From Vicugna vicugna (taxonomy: Eukaryota), in contig MU057809.1 of assembly GCA_013265495.1 (NCBI GenBank), positions 981,062 through 1,045,061 on the forward strand: a stretch of 64,000 bases of DNA, read 5' to 3'. The translations under genes were made by a program, and so were the position numbers. Below are positions 47,040-59,460 of the stretch, piece after piece. Below the pieces are notes generated by a model. That model made no database searches, was not told where the DNA came from, and saw nothing but the letters and a program-made list of their open reading frames with translations. Within the stretch, counting starts at the first letter, position 1. The number at the start of each line of letters is the position of its first letter.

Positions 47040-47600
47040 GGCAGGGGCCTGAACACCAGGGGGACCAGCCACAGGAAGAGAGGCTGGAACCTTCAGCTCC
47101 ACCCCCATCTCCAGGGAGGGGAGAGGGGCTAGAGACCGAGCTAATCACCAACAGGCAAGACCTAACCAAGCAGGAACCTGCAGACAAACTGCCAAACCGG
47201 GGGGTTCAGAGAGCTGCCGGGCCAGTGGGCACCTGGAGGAACCGGGAGGGCACCGCGCCCGGGGACGGCATGAGGCGCTGCCCCCACCCCCACCCGCCAT
47301 GCACCCTTCCCATCAGCTGTCGGCTCTCCCAGCCGCGCCCTCCGTAACACACCAGTAACCCGAAGTAAAGGGCTTTCCTGAGTTCTGCCAATCCCTCCAG
47401 CAAATCACCAAGGGCAGAGGGGGTGCCTGAACCCGCAGTCAGACAGAAGCACAAGCAGCCTGGGAACCCGGAGGCGGGGGCCCTTGGGACGGGGCCCCCC
47501 ACCTGTGGGGTCAGGGTCTGGCTGAGCTGAGTTGAACCCTGGGGACACTGGCAGGTGTCAGAGTGGGAGGATGGGTGTGGGCATGCCGCACACTCAGGGT
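47040..47600 (+). mobile_element. MER21-family LTR
   Basis: ggaaccttcagctccacccccatctccagggaggggagagggg, gggttcagagagctgccgg, agtaaagggctttcctgagttctg and cagaagcacaagcagcctggga are collinear with MER21 as recalled. Confidence 0.8.
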
Positions 47601-48028
47601 CTGGAGGAAGTCACAGCCGCCTGCCCTGGGCTCCGGAGGGCAGACACAAACATCCTGCTGCCACAGTCTCGGGTGGCCCAGGACCCTCCCTGAGTGCACA
47701 AGTCTGCACACTCACACGCACTCAGATGCTTCAGCCCAGGCTCCAGGCTCCCACACCTTCAAGGGGCCACACAGAGCCCCCGCCTCTGCAAAGCGCGGCG
47801 GGTGGGGAACACCCGCCTCAGACCCACCCAGGAAGCCGCCCCAGGGCCTGGCTGCTCTGACCGCCAGGCTCACTGCCGTGGGGCAGACATGGGCGCCCTG
47901 CACCCTGCAGCCCAGCTCCCACTGGCTCAGGCCAAGGCAGGGAGTGAGCAGGGAAGCGAGCTGGTCCTGAGCTGGCCCCCACTTTCCAAAGCAGACACGT
48001 CCCCGCAGACGCGGGCCCCCAGACCTAC

Positions 48029-48115
48029 CTGCTGGTGATGGAGCTGTTCCTGTCTTTCAGGGCAAGCTCGCGCTGCTGCAGCTCCACGATGAACCTGGAA
48101 AGGTCCTCCGGGGTC
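48029..48115 (-). CDS. MAD1L1: MAD1L1 internal coding exon (87 nt, phase 2/2; coiled-coil region, about residues 329-358 in human numbering)
   Basis: The minus strand reads cccttggtcccgcag|G ACC CCG GAG GAC CTT TCC AGG TTC ATC GTG GAG CTG CAG CAG CGC GAG CTT GCC CTG AAA GAC AGG AAC AGC TCC ATC ACC AGC AG|gtaggt, giving [28 protein letters not shown]. This matches human MAD1 [28 protein letters not shown] as recalled. Splice sites are canonical AG/GT and there is a CTGAC branch-like motif upstream. Confidence 0.97.
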
Positions 48116-48559
48116 CTGCGGGACCAAGGGCACACGTCAGCACGGCTGTCCCGGGGGCACCTGGGTCTGCACGCTGCGGGGACCCCACAAGCCACGCCCA
48201 CCACTGCCGGTCCAGACCCGGATGAGTGAGGTCCTACATGGGGTGGTGAGTGTGCTCCCCCATCCCCGGGCTCAAACTCAGCCTGCAGCTAGGCCATGTG
48301 ACACTGGACACGTCATTTTTTCAAGCTTTGATTTTTTTTCACCTATAAGAAGCAAGCCGACACACAACAGCGTCACTATGCAGAAGATCAGAAGTGAGGT
48401 TTACCAGCAACTGCCAAGCAGGTGCACGTGCCCAGGGCACTTGGGTCTCCTTTCCTCCCTTCTCCTTCCAAACCCACGTACGATTCAGCAGCAGCACCAG
48501 ACTGGCACAGCAGACGCCACGCGCACAAGGCCTGGAATCCGCAAACCCATTCCAGGTTA

Positions 48560-48650
48560 CTTGTGTCCGTCAATGCTCAGAGCAGCCCTGTTGCTCATGG
48601 TTTTCATTTCACAGGTGAGGAAGCTGAGACTCAGACAGTGATCGCCGGAG
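48560..48650 (-). mobile_element. MIR remnant
   Basis: catttcacaggtgaggaagctgagactcagacag. Confidence 0.7.
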
Positions 48651-49149
48651 CCCCCCAGCCCAGCACCAGGCTCAGGAGAAGGTGCGCCGGGACCATCGTG
48701 AGAGATGAAGGGAGATCCAGCAGAGCGTGCACTGGCCCCACACCAGCCCGGGGCCCACTGGCTACACGGCCCCCTGACGCAGAAGGGCCGAGAGGGCGTG
48801 AGCGCGAGGCCAGGGGCCAAGGCCAGGGCTACACGGGGGCGAGGCTGTGGGGAGCGCTGAGGCCACCCCCACACCCCCTCCACAAATGGGTCCCCAGCAC
48901 TGAGCGAACGGTGGTGGCTGGCGGGGCCAAGGGGGCCAGGACCCAAGCTACACAGACAACACACATCCTTCAGAAGGAGAGGCCAACGCCAAGCTACAGA
49001 GGGGCCACTGGCCAGCTCACTACCGAAGGCTCTCTTTCTGGCCCCAGAACACACTCCAGCCTCCCCTCACCTACCAGTGAACCCCTCTTGCTCAAGTTGG
49101 CACCTGCAGTCGCGTGGAACCCAAGGACCCCTCACAGAAACCTGCTGAA

Positions 49150-49430
49150 ACCGAGCCTCACGTCCGTGCCCCACAAACCCTACACCCTTGGGCCCCCTGG
49201 GCCTGCGAGTCTCGCGGAAGATGTCTCTTCCTCCAGGAAGCCCCCGAGCCTCTCCCCACCCCAGCACGACGCAGCCCAGTACCACCACCATCAAACCCGT
49301 CATCCGTGTGGGGTCATCTCAAGTCTGCCGTCGCTAGAACGTGAGCCCCGACGTCTCCACTTGTCAGCACAGCACCCAAAAGCCCAGCGCAGCCCCTGCC
49401 CCACCCCACACGCTGGGGCCTCAGCCGTCG
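49150..49430 (+). mobile_element. LINE-2 3' end
   Basis: gatgtctcttcctccaggaagccc and ctagaacgtgagccc...cccagcgcagcccctg. Confidence 0.6.
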
Positions 49431-51744
49431 GCACTCCGCCCACAAGCGACTCCACGCCCCTCCCCTCAGGTCACCTCAGGGAGGCCCTTCCCGACCAGCA
49501 AGGGAAAGCCCCCTCCTGGACATTCTGCGAGGCACAGCGCAGAGGCCTCCACCCTGACTCTGCCCTGGACACAAAGCAGCCCTGCAGACTAGAAAACAGT
49601 CACAGTGAGGAGACATGCCCCAGGGAAAGACCTTTGAGAAACCGGGGCCTAGGAGGGGAAGGGCTGAACCGGCCTTGAATGCCACTCTTTTCAAAGCTTC
49701 CTAACATTTTCCAACTCAGGGAGCTAAAAACACTAATAGGAAAATAAGCAAAACAAGTAAAGACTTTTAAGCTCAAGTTTTTTTCTGAAACATATTAAAT
49801 AGACTTAAGTTGTTTTCTATTTTCCCGTGTTAAGCAGTCGAAGGAGCACACACACTGTCGCTTCATCAGTGCAAAGTGCATTTAAAACAAACGCGTATGT
49901 CCACATTTGCAAGGCCCCCGCCCCAGGGGCCCAGGACCAGGCAGCGCCACCTGGGAGAAGCAGACAGAGGCCCGAGGGTGGCTGGGGAAGCCTGACCATC
50001 ACCACCCTCCTCCTCACGCCCCTTCCAGGCAGGGCCACGGCGGCTCAGACCTGGAACAGCGGGAAGGGCCTGTGGAGAGGCCTCTGCCAGACAGGTGACC
50101 ACACACTGTCCAGGAGCTCTCGCTAACTGACACGGCGGCTTTCTCTGGTTGAGGGCAAGCTGCCTGCAACACCCCCCAAACAGAAGCCTTCCTGGAAACT
50201 GGAGAGCCGTCTGCAGAGCTGGGAGCACGTGACAGCAATTTAGAAACAAGATTCTTGCCCTGGGGTACAAATTACCCCACAAAGCGGGGAGCTAGAGTAA
50301 CAGAGGAGAGCCAGACTCTGCAAACCAAGGCTCTCCAATTTCCTTTGAAGTAAAGATAATTTGAAATGTAACAATTTAATAATGACAGGAAGTTGGAAAT
50401 GGTCAAATGAAGAGAAAAATGGGCCTAATATGCTCTCCTTGGAAATGCTCCACTCCCACTGACGGCGTGGGGTGTCTGCACGTCTGCAGGCCAAGGCTGC
50501 CACACCCCGGGCGGCCTGAGCCTCAGACCCTCCAGCTAAACCTCACGGAGGCTGTCTGACACCCCAAGACTTTGGAACTTTTGAGCAGCCATTTCAACAG
50601 AGTGTCAGGAGGCCTGGCTCCACATTCAAAGAAACTAAGCAGGAAGCTGGCTTTCCCACAATCCCGCCCCTCTCGCACGAAGACCACCAGGCAAAGGCGC
50701 CGTGCGCCTGAGGAGCCCCTCCGGCCTGTCCTCTGTGTTGTGCCCCGACCCCCCTGGGAGAGCGCAGAGAGAGCGGCCACCACCGGGACCCACAGGGTGG
50801 GGTGCCGGGCAGACAGCCACAGGGGTCTGGCTTTCCAGCAGCGGCCTCCTGGCGACACCCCAGCCCCAAGGCCCAGGCGCAACCCTTCCCGCTGAGGGGT
50901 CTTCGAGTCACAGGGCCTGGCTGTCCCGCATGCCCAATTCCAGAAGACCAAACGGCACAGGAAGGACCCCACCTCCTGCTCCCGGCCCAGCCCTGCCCCG
51001 CTGCGGCTGGCAAACACACGGCCACCGGTCCTCCTCGAGGGGCCCTGGGCTGGAAAACCTGCAGCTCTGGCTCTGTGACCTGAGACTCAGGAGTCCAGGC
51101 AGGCCTGTCATTCCTGCTGGTCACTAGGTTTCAACTTCTCCTAAAAGCACAGAGCTCAACACTCCAGAAGCCAGTTGCAACACTCCAGAATCACGCCACC
51201 CTCGGAGACAGAGAAGGCGGGAGTCTTTAAAGGGAAGACACGACGGGCTGCGGCAATCCGGGACTCAGCCACAGCTCACACAACTCCCGGCCGAGCCCAG
51301 CTCAAAAGGGCTCCTCGAGGCTTGTTTCCAGAACCGCAAGACCCGGGCACGTGGTGGTGCGACCACCTGGCAGCCCCACACACCCATTAATCTCACCAGA
51401 GCAGAAGAAGACAGGAGACTTTAAAAGCGTTTGTAGGGCTTCCCACTCAATCCCATTTCGACACTGAGTTTGGGAAACGAGGATGTCACAGTGAAAGCAG
51501 CTGACGACAGCTCGTTATGTAAATAAGGAGTGCACGTTTTAATTTGAGGTAATTATTAATCAGTAAATGGAACAGTGTGGAATTCCACACACTCTTAAGT
51601 TCTACAGTGTTGATCAAAAAGAAAGCACGCTCTGTTGAGGAGTGAGCTGCGTGAGCTTTAGTTAAAACAGCACTTTTAAGGCACTGGTTTGAGAATGGGC
51701 CCCGAGAGAAAGCAGACAGTAGCGCGCGGGTGCAGCGGCTCCGC

Positions 51745-51975
51745 GGCCCAGCACGACACGTCACCACCGACGGACACCTGGGTGGGTTCTACCCTTCAGC
51801 TACGGTGAAGAGCGATGCTGTCAACACTGGTTTTCAAGTGTGTGTTCAAGTCTCTGCTTTCACACTTCTGGATGTACACCCAGAGGCAGCCCTGGGGATT
51901 CTTCCATTTTCAGTTTTCTGAGGAGTCGCCATACTGTGTTCCACAGCAGCTGCACCATTTCATGCTCCCTGTTTC
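51745..51975 (-). mobile_element. Old LINE-1 3' fragment, antisense
   Basis: gacggacacctgggtgggttctacc, ttcaagtctctgctttcacacttctggatgtacacccaga and ccatactgtgttccacagcagctgcaccattt. Confidence 0.85.
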
Positions 51976-52234
51976 ACTGTTTTTAACATTAAAAAAAAAA
52001 GTTCAGTGAAAGAAAATAAGCGAGTGAGACTTGCAGCCGCACCACAGGACGCAGTACACATCACATCTGATGGGGGCAAAAATGCGCTGGCCAGGCGGTC
52101 GCTACAGGTCACGAGAGGCGGGGAGAGCGTGGGCAGGTGTGCGCCGGCGTGCCCACTTCTGGTCCAGGAAGGGGACTCCTGCAGCTCCCTGGGCCGTGGC
52201 ATCGTGGGGGCGGGAGGGTGTCCAAAATAGTCCC

Positions 52235-52360
52235 CCTCTGCATCAGAATCACCTGGAATCACTCCAGCCCACCCACCTCCACCTCTGGACCCTCCGAAGC
52301 AAAACCTCTGGGGGCGGGGCCTGGGATCTGCCAACAGGTGGCTCTCGTGCACAACTTGGA
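52235..52360. mobile_element. MER5A-like (hAT-Charlie) MITE
   Basis: tgcatcagaatcacctgg...aacctctgggggcggggcctgggatctg. Confidence 0.7.
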
Positions 52361-52479
52361 CCCATTGATCATCTGCAGAAACAGGGAAATCTAAGCAGTA
52401 AAACAATCATGTAACACTGCACGGCAAGACACCAAAAATTCTCTGTGCCACCCAGGAAACCATCTGCTGTACGTCTGAC

Positions 52480-52760
52480 AAAGACAACATTCGTGGAGGC
52501 TCTCTGTCAATTTGATGGACAACATTAGGTTTCAGAATTTGGTCCAAAACTAAAAGAAGAATCCCAGAAGACAAGGCAGAGCGATTTACCCACAAATGTC
52601 ACTGCAAGAATTCTGGAAACTACCACTCGCAATGGAGAGACTGCTGTGACTACTACGTAAGGAAATGTTACCAAGCTTTCTGCCAACTTGATACATCATC
52701 GAACATCCTCAAAACAACTATAATAAATAACAACACAAAATACAATTAAAAAAACACCCA
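52480..52760 (+). mobile_element. Possible hAT (Tip100/Zaphod-like) transposase remnant
   Basis: AT-rich block with weak resemblance to the hAT C-terminal region (caagctttctgccaacttgat...). Tentative. Confidence 0.3.
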
Positions 52761-52899
52761 AACAACTAATGAAAACACGACGGCAGGGCTGCCATAAATA
52801 GGGCTGCTCGCCGCACAGCTGCAGGGGGTGCGAGCCCCCTTGCCGATAGAAGCGTCACTTCTGCGACGCAGCCACAGTACGGGGGACCTGCCCCCTCTG

Positions 52900-53050
52900 A
52901 GACAGACGCTCTAAGCACCTTCCGGATACTGAGTTGTTTCATCCTTTCAACAGCCTTCACTACCCCCACTACACAGGTGGGGAAGCGGAGGCACAGAGGA
53001 GTCAGGAGCAACCGGAAAAGCTGAGACCCACGCAGGGTGGCCTGGCCAAG
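52900..53050 (-). mobile_element. MIR remnant
   Basis: ctctaagcacctt...tttcatcctttcaacagcc...acacaggtggggaagcggaggcacagagg. Confidence 0.7.
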
Positions 53051-54199
53051 GCCATGCTCCTGACTCCCATGCTGGTGGGCCCAGCAACCTCAAACCGGTT
53101 TGTAAAACACGCCACACACACAACGCCGCTGAAACGGTAAGCGCACGCGACGTGAGAAAGTAGTTTAAGCGCCAGTGTATTTGCCTCTTTTTAACAACAA
53201 CAAGCATATATATTCACTGAAAAGGCAAAACCAAACACAAGGTTAAGTGCACCCTGATTAATACCATCTGTGCAGAGGCAAGGCCTGGAAGGAAATGCTT
53301 ACAAAAAGGCAAGAGCCACGTTACTGATGCAGAATCCCTGGCACCTTTTCCATTTTTCAAAAAGATTCTACAATTCTGTTGTGAGAATTATTTCCAGCAA
53401 CAGCTTTTTTCTTTTCAACTGTATTTTCTAGCTGTGGAAACCAGTGGCCACAGAAGTGGTGACCAGCTGGGACAGGGTGAGACCACACCACACCCTCACA
53501 GCGTCTGTGGGGGCTGTTCCGAGAGACCCACCCGGCACAGCCCACGGCCCGGGAGACCCCGCAAGGACATCTGGGCCGGGGCACCTCTCTGCTCTGTCAC
53601 TGTTCACGCGGGCCAGGCGTGGAGCGCGGGCTGCCACCGTGCAGGGACTGGGGGCTGTGCGCCCCTCGCCCCAGAGGCCCAGCCCTCTCTCCCGGCGCCC
53701 TGCCCGGGGGGGGGCAGGGATGCAGGTGTGTGCACGCCTGTGCGTGGTATCCCGTAAACACATGCACCCTCCACTCTCCTGCTGAAGGTCCTGGGGGCTG
53801 AGAGCTGAGCCCAGGGAGGAGGAGAACAGTGTCCCCTGAAAGGACCCCACAGCAGGCAGAAGGGAGCCCGGCCCACAGGAGGGGACGGCGCAGGAGTGAC
53901 AGTGCTGATTCCTGGGCCACCAGGAGGCTCGTTGGTTTGTTCCCACCCTAGTGACCGCCTGGCCTGTGAGCAGGGCTCCGGCCAGCAGTGCACGCAGCAT
54001 GCGCACCCAGACCCTCTTCTCCAGAAGCAGCGCCTCCTCTTCCTGGAGGAGCCGCGAGTCGGGCAGTCCTGCAGGGGCTCAGGGAAAGAGCTCAAGGTTC
54101 AAAGTGTCTGATTCCATTCACGTTCCAAGGAACATTACAGCCCCAAACCGCAAAGGCGCCCCCAAACTGCACCTCCAACTTCTTTTGTCTAGAGAGAAC

Positions 54200-54400
54200 C
54201 ACATGGTCTGTGCGCACATTTACAGAGCATAACCTGGAAGATTCAGCCCAAATGGACACCGGTGGGTAACTCAAGGTCATGGCTGAGGTTGGTGGTGGCA
54301 AAGGGATCTTCAACTCCATGTACGCTGTTTAAGCTTCCTTTGATGAGAAAGCGTGTGCTACACGTCTAAGCACAAAGGAAAAGTAAGAGAAAAACCGCAC
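54200..54400 (+). mobile_element. L1ME-like 3' end
   Basis: gcataacctggaagattcagcccaaatggacaccggtgggtaactc...tacgctgtttaagcttcc. Confidence 0.5.
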
Positions 54401-56869
54401 ACCCAGAGTGCTCCCTGCGTGGAAACGTCACCCACAAGTCCGGCGGGAGAAGCAGGGGGCTGACGGAGGACAGGGCCTCCAGGGACTGCTCCACACAGCG
54501 TGAGCCCAGCGGCCGGGCCGCAGCGCGGGGGGCGTCTGGGGGAGAAGGAGCAGATGCACCCGAGAGGCCCGGGAGCTCAGGAACCCGGACGCGGCCCCGC
54601 AGGAACAGACAGCCGCAGCTGCGCCCCCACCGCCAGGAGCTCCAAGGGCGGACACGGGCAAGTTCCTGAAGGGCTGTTGAATCGTGAAGGATTATTAAAC
54701 ACCACACAGCAAATCAAAGACCAGAGGCCAAAGTGCCTCCCACTGGCAGGAGAGTGTTTATTTCCCTGCACTCCTGACCTGCCGTGCGGTTAGAGCTCTT
54801 CGGAGATGCTCCCCGAGGGCGCCGGGGGTTTAGCTCTGCGCTGGCAGCCAGCAGGGGCCAGGCCAAGGACCATTACAGCCTAGGACTGCGCGGGCGCCAC
54901 CCCCCACCCCCGCCCCGGGCAGGAAGAGCCACGCACTCCAAAACTTCTGCTTCACAAACTGAGAAGCGGACGGTCTGCCGAGGGCCTCAGGGTTCTCCGC
55001 CTCAGAGATGACAGGAGAGTGGCAGTTCCAGCTACAGCCCAAGCTGTGACATCTGCTGTTTAAAACTCTGGCTTCAGCTCTGAAGCCTTTTAACTCTAAC
55101 TGGTGGGCTTTAAAGGAGGAAAAGTCTTTGTTCAGCCTGCAGCTGAATCCTGGCTCACTCTGGCTGCGGGCACAGCAGGAGGCCTGGGGGTTGGGCCCGC
55201 TGGCTGGTCCCCAAGGCAGCGGCTCTCCAGGCTCTCCAGCCCAGCAGCGGCTGTTCTGAGGCTCCTGGCAGCAGATGCCAGGACACTCGCTGACACTCAC
55301 AGTGCCGTCTCAGCAGGTCTGAAGACACGAGGTCCAGAGGACCCTGACTTGGCACCGGTCACAAAACTCATCCACGAAGAAGCAGCCTCAAGCCTTTCCT
55401 GAGGCACTGTTTACAGAAGAGCGGAAGCTAAAGGGCGCAGGGCAGTCCGGGGGGCTCCAGTCAGAGGGCCTTACAGGCGCGGGGCACGCCCCGGTGAGGC
55501 GGACCCCCTCGCAGGCTTGTTTCTGCAGAAAATACGTGGAACCAGGAACAGGAAAATTAGACAGCAAGACTTGGTGCTAAACCCCAAAAGGAGGGTGAGC
55601 GCTCACGACAGCCAAGTCACAGCGCCTGCCGTGCTGCTCTCAACGCGGGGCGCGGCCAGGGTGGAGGCGCAGCTGCCTCGGGAGGGCTGCGCGTCACCAA
55701 GGCCAGGCCTGGGTAAAGCCTGCTGTGCGTCTAGGCTGGGGAGGAGCAGCCCCTGTCGCCTGAAGGACAGCAACAAGCTCTGTGTGGCCAGCTCTGACGG
55801 GCCGCCTTCCCCGCCCGGTAGCCAACCCTGCTGCTCCAGCCCCAGGCCACGCGCTGGCGTCAGACACTCCAGAGAAAGGAAGGCCATGACCACCGACTGG
55901 TCCTGAGGCCACAGGCACCCCACCTTCAGGGGACCTAGGAAGGTCATCGGTCCCTCTCAGCCAGGGGCCGGTCCAGGACAGCTTGGCCACATGGTGGACA
56001 GCAGCCATTCGGACATCCTCTAAAGCTGCTCATTTCCCAGGGGGACAGAGAACAAGTCACTCTGTCCCCATGGAAAGGTGGCTAGTATCCGACAGTCCCA
56101 GGCACACCCCTCCCCAGCCCACTCACACGTCCAAAGGCACACACGCCCAGAGATGCCCAGAGGAGCCCGGGGCCACAGAGCACACAGGGGCCCTTCCTCG
56201 AGCTGCAGCGCTCCTGTGATTGGTAGCGGTTTTCATGTGAGAAAAGATCTCTCTCACACTGACTGACCCCAAAAGGGTGTGAGTCTCCAGGTCCCTGCAC
56301 AGCCACAGACCCTCCTCATTCTGAAGAGCACCCCGCTCACCCCCGTGCCCCTGTCCGCGGGCAGACGGCTCAGAGGGGTGGCGGCGCTGCTGCGAATGCA
56401 CATGCCCGGCTCTGCATCCCGAGCTACAGCCCCGTCCTCACACGGCCCCGCCAGCGGCACTCCGGAAACAGGCATCCCTGCTCACGGTCAGGCCTCGGCC
56501 TGAAGCTCCTCCCGAAACCACGCAGGGAGGCCGCCCTCCCGCCAAGTGCAGCCCTCAGTACCGGCCTCTCCGCAGTGCCCACGGCGAGAGCCCCTCTTCC
56601 TCCACGCACTCTCCGCCCTCCCCTGAGGCCCCTGCTCATCCTTCTCCCTGCCGGGGTCCCGGTCCCCACACATGGCCCCAGGCTGGACTGCACGCACAAC
56701 TGTAAGAGCCCACGGCTCTGACCGCAGCGCCGCGCATCCACCACCGCAGACTCTCCACTCCAGACCCGCCGCCCTCTGCGGTCTGAGGGGCCTCTGGGCT
56801 CAGCCCGCATCACCCACATCCCTGACCTGGTGCCCCTCCACCCAGGGGACCTAGTCTCCATGCTGCCTA

Positions 56870-57605
56870 TCATCAAGGCAGACCTGAGGCCTGCGGCTTC
56901 CTCTGCACCCCCCGCCCACGCAGAGCCATCCTCAGAACAGCCCGAGTCCCCCTCCCGCATAGCTCCACCGCCACTGGCTCGCTGCCATCAGTCTCACACT
57001 CACCTTCAAGCAACCGCCTGCAACACGACAGTACTTCCTTCAAAACGTGGGTTAGATCACGTGCTCTCTTGTCAGAACTCTCCGATGCACCGCACCACAA
57101 CGCCAAGTAAAAGCCCAAGTCCCCACCGGAGCCTGCGAGGCCTGAGGGGGCCTGACCACAGCTGCCTCTCAGACCCAAATGCGGGGCTTGAGCCACACTC
57201 CCACCTCAGGGCCTTTGCACGTCCCACTTCCAGAAGACTCCTCCCCCAGGGATCTATGTGGCATGCCCCCCATCAATTCTTTTCAGGCCTTTACCTAAAT
57301 ATTACCAGGCTCTCACCTGTGTCTGCCCCCACCATCCCATTTAAACCAGTAAACTGTCAACTCCCTCCCTCCCTCCCCCAAACCTTCCCTCTCTCTTCCA
57401 GCACTAACTGCCTTCACAGAAAAGATCAGCACCCGGGGTGCCAGGTATTTATTGTCTTCTCGTCTGTCGTCTCTCTGCTTCAACTAGAACACAAGCTCCA
57501 TCAGGCCAAAGTGCCGTTTTCATGCTGCTCTGTGGCCTCACTGGCTGTGAACCCGGAGCACCACCCGGGACCACAACAGGCCTTCCATAAACGAGATGAT
57601 GAACG
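56870..57605 (+). mobile_element. LINE-2 (L2a-like) 3' region
   Basis: cctcagggcctttgcac, ctagaacacaagctccatcagg and the terminal ccataaacgagatgatgaacg. Confidence 0.8.
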
Positions 57606-57789
57606 AGAAGTCATGGTGTCTTTCCAGAACAGTAACTATCCAGCTAAATTCTACCCAGGCTTGAACTCAGACCGTGGAATCAGGAGTTTAGTATCACTGG
57701 TTAAATACAGTCCATCCACACAATGCAATGTGTATAAAATGAAAGGAAGAGAAGACTCTCCCCGCGGCCCCACGGGGAAGGCCCCACGG

Positions 57790-58050
57790 GGAGGCACGCG
57801 CTGCTAGGTGAGAGCGCAGGAGGCAAGCAGAAGTCTACCAGGCGGCCTCTCGTGTGGAAGCAGAAGGTGAATGCGGGTGCTTATACTGGCTTACACCTGC
57901 CTAAGAAACGTCTGGAAGATAAACAAGACGGAGCAGCTGCTTCCCGTGGAGAGAATGAAAACGGGACAGGAGACTTATCACAGATACCTTCTTCCAAAAT
58001 TTTAACCTTTATACCAAGGAAATATAATACCTATTCAGAAAGGAGTTTTT
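57790..58050 (+). mobile_element. L1ME-like 3' end
   Basis: ctggaagataaacaaga...gggacaggagactt...ttttaacctttataccaaggaaatataatacctattca. Confidence 0.7.
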
Positions 58051-58257
58051 TAAAACTTGGCATTATAAACTTATACTACAGGATCAGACGCTACATAAAA
58101 CTTTTTTAAAAAAGAAAGCAATTATTCCATGATGAATTAATGCATAAAAATCTAATTATACCCACTTATAATGAAACAATCTTATATTATTCCTAAATGA
58201 TGTTTTTAGCTAAGTGTAGTGAGAATAATTTGCATCATAAATGGGGCAAACATATAT

Positions 58258-58700
58258 CACTAACAGGATTCCTATCTGAAATAATCAAGACTGGTCATCG
58301 ATCCCGAAAGTTGGTTCAAGTAGGGAATCGAATATTAGATACATATGTATCTCTCAAATCTCTTAACTTAAAATATTATAAATACACACTCATTCCCCAA
58401 GCTGCTTCTTCAAATATGGGCCCACTAACCCGAGTTTCATCTTATATCTTTTGCATAAACTCACAAAACACAATCTATGACTTTGGCTTTGTTTCTTTAA
58501 AACGGACACCTGCGCTCTTCCTAAATTTTACAACTTCTTCTGCTGATCTTTTACAGTCAATTTGCTGTTATGCAATAGCTTTTTTAAAGGCAATTTTCCT
58601 TTGAGACTTTCCAAACCATTCAACTTTGTTTTCACAGAAACATTGCTTTTTTCACACATTTATTTTTCTCCAGACTCTACCATATTCAATTAAATTATGT
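58258..58700 (-). mobile_element. TcMar-Tigger DNA transposon remnant (Tigger15a-like as recalled)
   Basis: The minus-strand translation ENKVEWFGKSQ...FMQKI*DETRVSGPIFEEAA resembles the Tigger/CENP-B HTH domain (WFMQ...PISGPILKEKA). It contains several stops. Confidence 0.7.
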
Positions 58701-58742
58701 AATGACAGTAACACGTACAACAGGCAGAAACAGGCACATCTC

Positions 58743-58912
58743 GGACGGACCAGCACCACCCCCTGGGTCAGAGGGACCAGCGCCACCCCCTGGGTCGGGT
58801 TGGACGGACCAGCACCACCCCCTGGGTCAGAGGGACCAGCGCCACCCCCTGGGTCGGGTTGGACGGACCAGCACCACCCCCTGGGTCAGAGGGACCAGCG
58901 CCACCCCCTGGG
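58743..58912. repeat. 59-bp minisatellite, about 2.9 identical copies, each a 27+32 bp heterodimer
   Basis: The unit GGACGGACCAGCACCACCCCCTGGGTCAGAGGGACCAGCGCCACCCCCTGGGTCGGGTT starts at 58743, 58802 and 58861 (last copy truncated). Confidence 0.97.
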
Positions 58913-59329
58913 AGTGCCGAGCCAGCCAGTGCTACAGCTGACGGCACATCCCACAACAAGCAGGGTCTGGTCTTGGAGGTGGGAGAAGGACTGGGAGGGA
59001 GGTCAACAGGTGACCAAAGAAACTGCTCTTAACCTCAGAGTGGGTTCAGAGAGGGCTGTATCCAGTCTTCTCTTCTATGGATAACGCATTTCAAAGTGTT
59101 AAAAAAAAGAATTAGGAATAGCCTACGCCCCAAGCATCTGCTGTGCTGCAGAAATCCAACAGAATATCAAGAGAAAGAATGAAGGGTACTGGCCAATCGC
59201 GAGAGGCAATTAAGAGAGCAGCCACCCCACTTTCCATAAGAAGCAGAGACGAAGTGCAGGTGGGTGACGGGCCCCCAGGGCAGATCCCACCAACCACAGA
59301 GGCAGCACAAGCAGGGAACAGCGCAGATT

Positions 59330-59460
59330 CTAGCTCCACTCACTACTAGGTAAGCGACCCCGGATAATCATTAACCTCCCCCAACTTCAGTTCCCTCCTC
59401 AGGAAAATGAACGTAACAGCAGCGCCCCCCGCGCGGGGCTGTCCCGAGAATACTGCAGAC
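59330..59460 (+). mobile_element. MIR remnant
   Basis: gctccactcactactagg...cattaacctcccccaacttcagttccctcctcaggaaaatg. Confidence 0.75.

Larger units (their letters stand above)
1..48028 (-). other. MAD1L1: MAD1L1 intron downstream of the 87-nt exon (continues past the window start)
   Basis: The intron opens with GTAGGT at 48028. The next exon (expected SARGLEKARQQLQEELRQ...) was not found in 1-48028, consistent with the very long introns known for this gene. Confidence 0.85.

Noticed and set aside
48422-49678. Longest ORF in the track (418 aa, plus strand)
   Set aside because: Pro/Ala/Arg/Ser-rich with no recognisable domain. It runs through MIR and L2 remnants and is antisense to MAD1L1. 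Long ORFs are expected at this GC content.
56830-57807. 325-aa plus-strand ORF
   Set aside because: It lies over an L2 3' remnant, with no similarity to a known protein that I can see and no splice or promoter support.
58337-58352. Perfect 16-bp palindrome AGATACATATGTATCT
   Set aside because: It lies inside a Tigger remnant in low-complexity AT sequence and is probably chance or slippage.
58743-58912. Repeat-spacer appearance suggesting CRISPR
   Set aside because: Mammalian DNA, the spacers are not unique, and there are no cas genes. It is a minisatellite.
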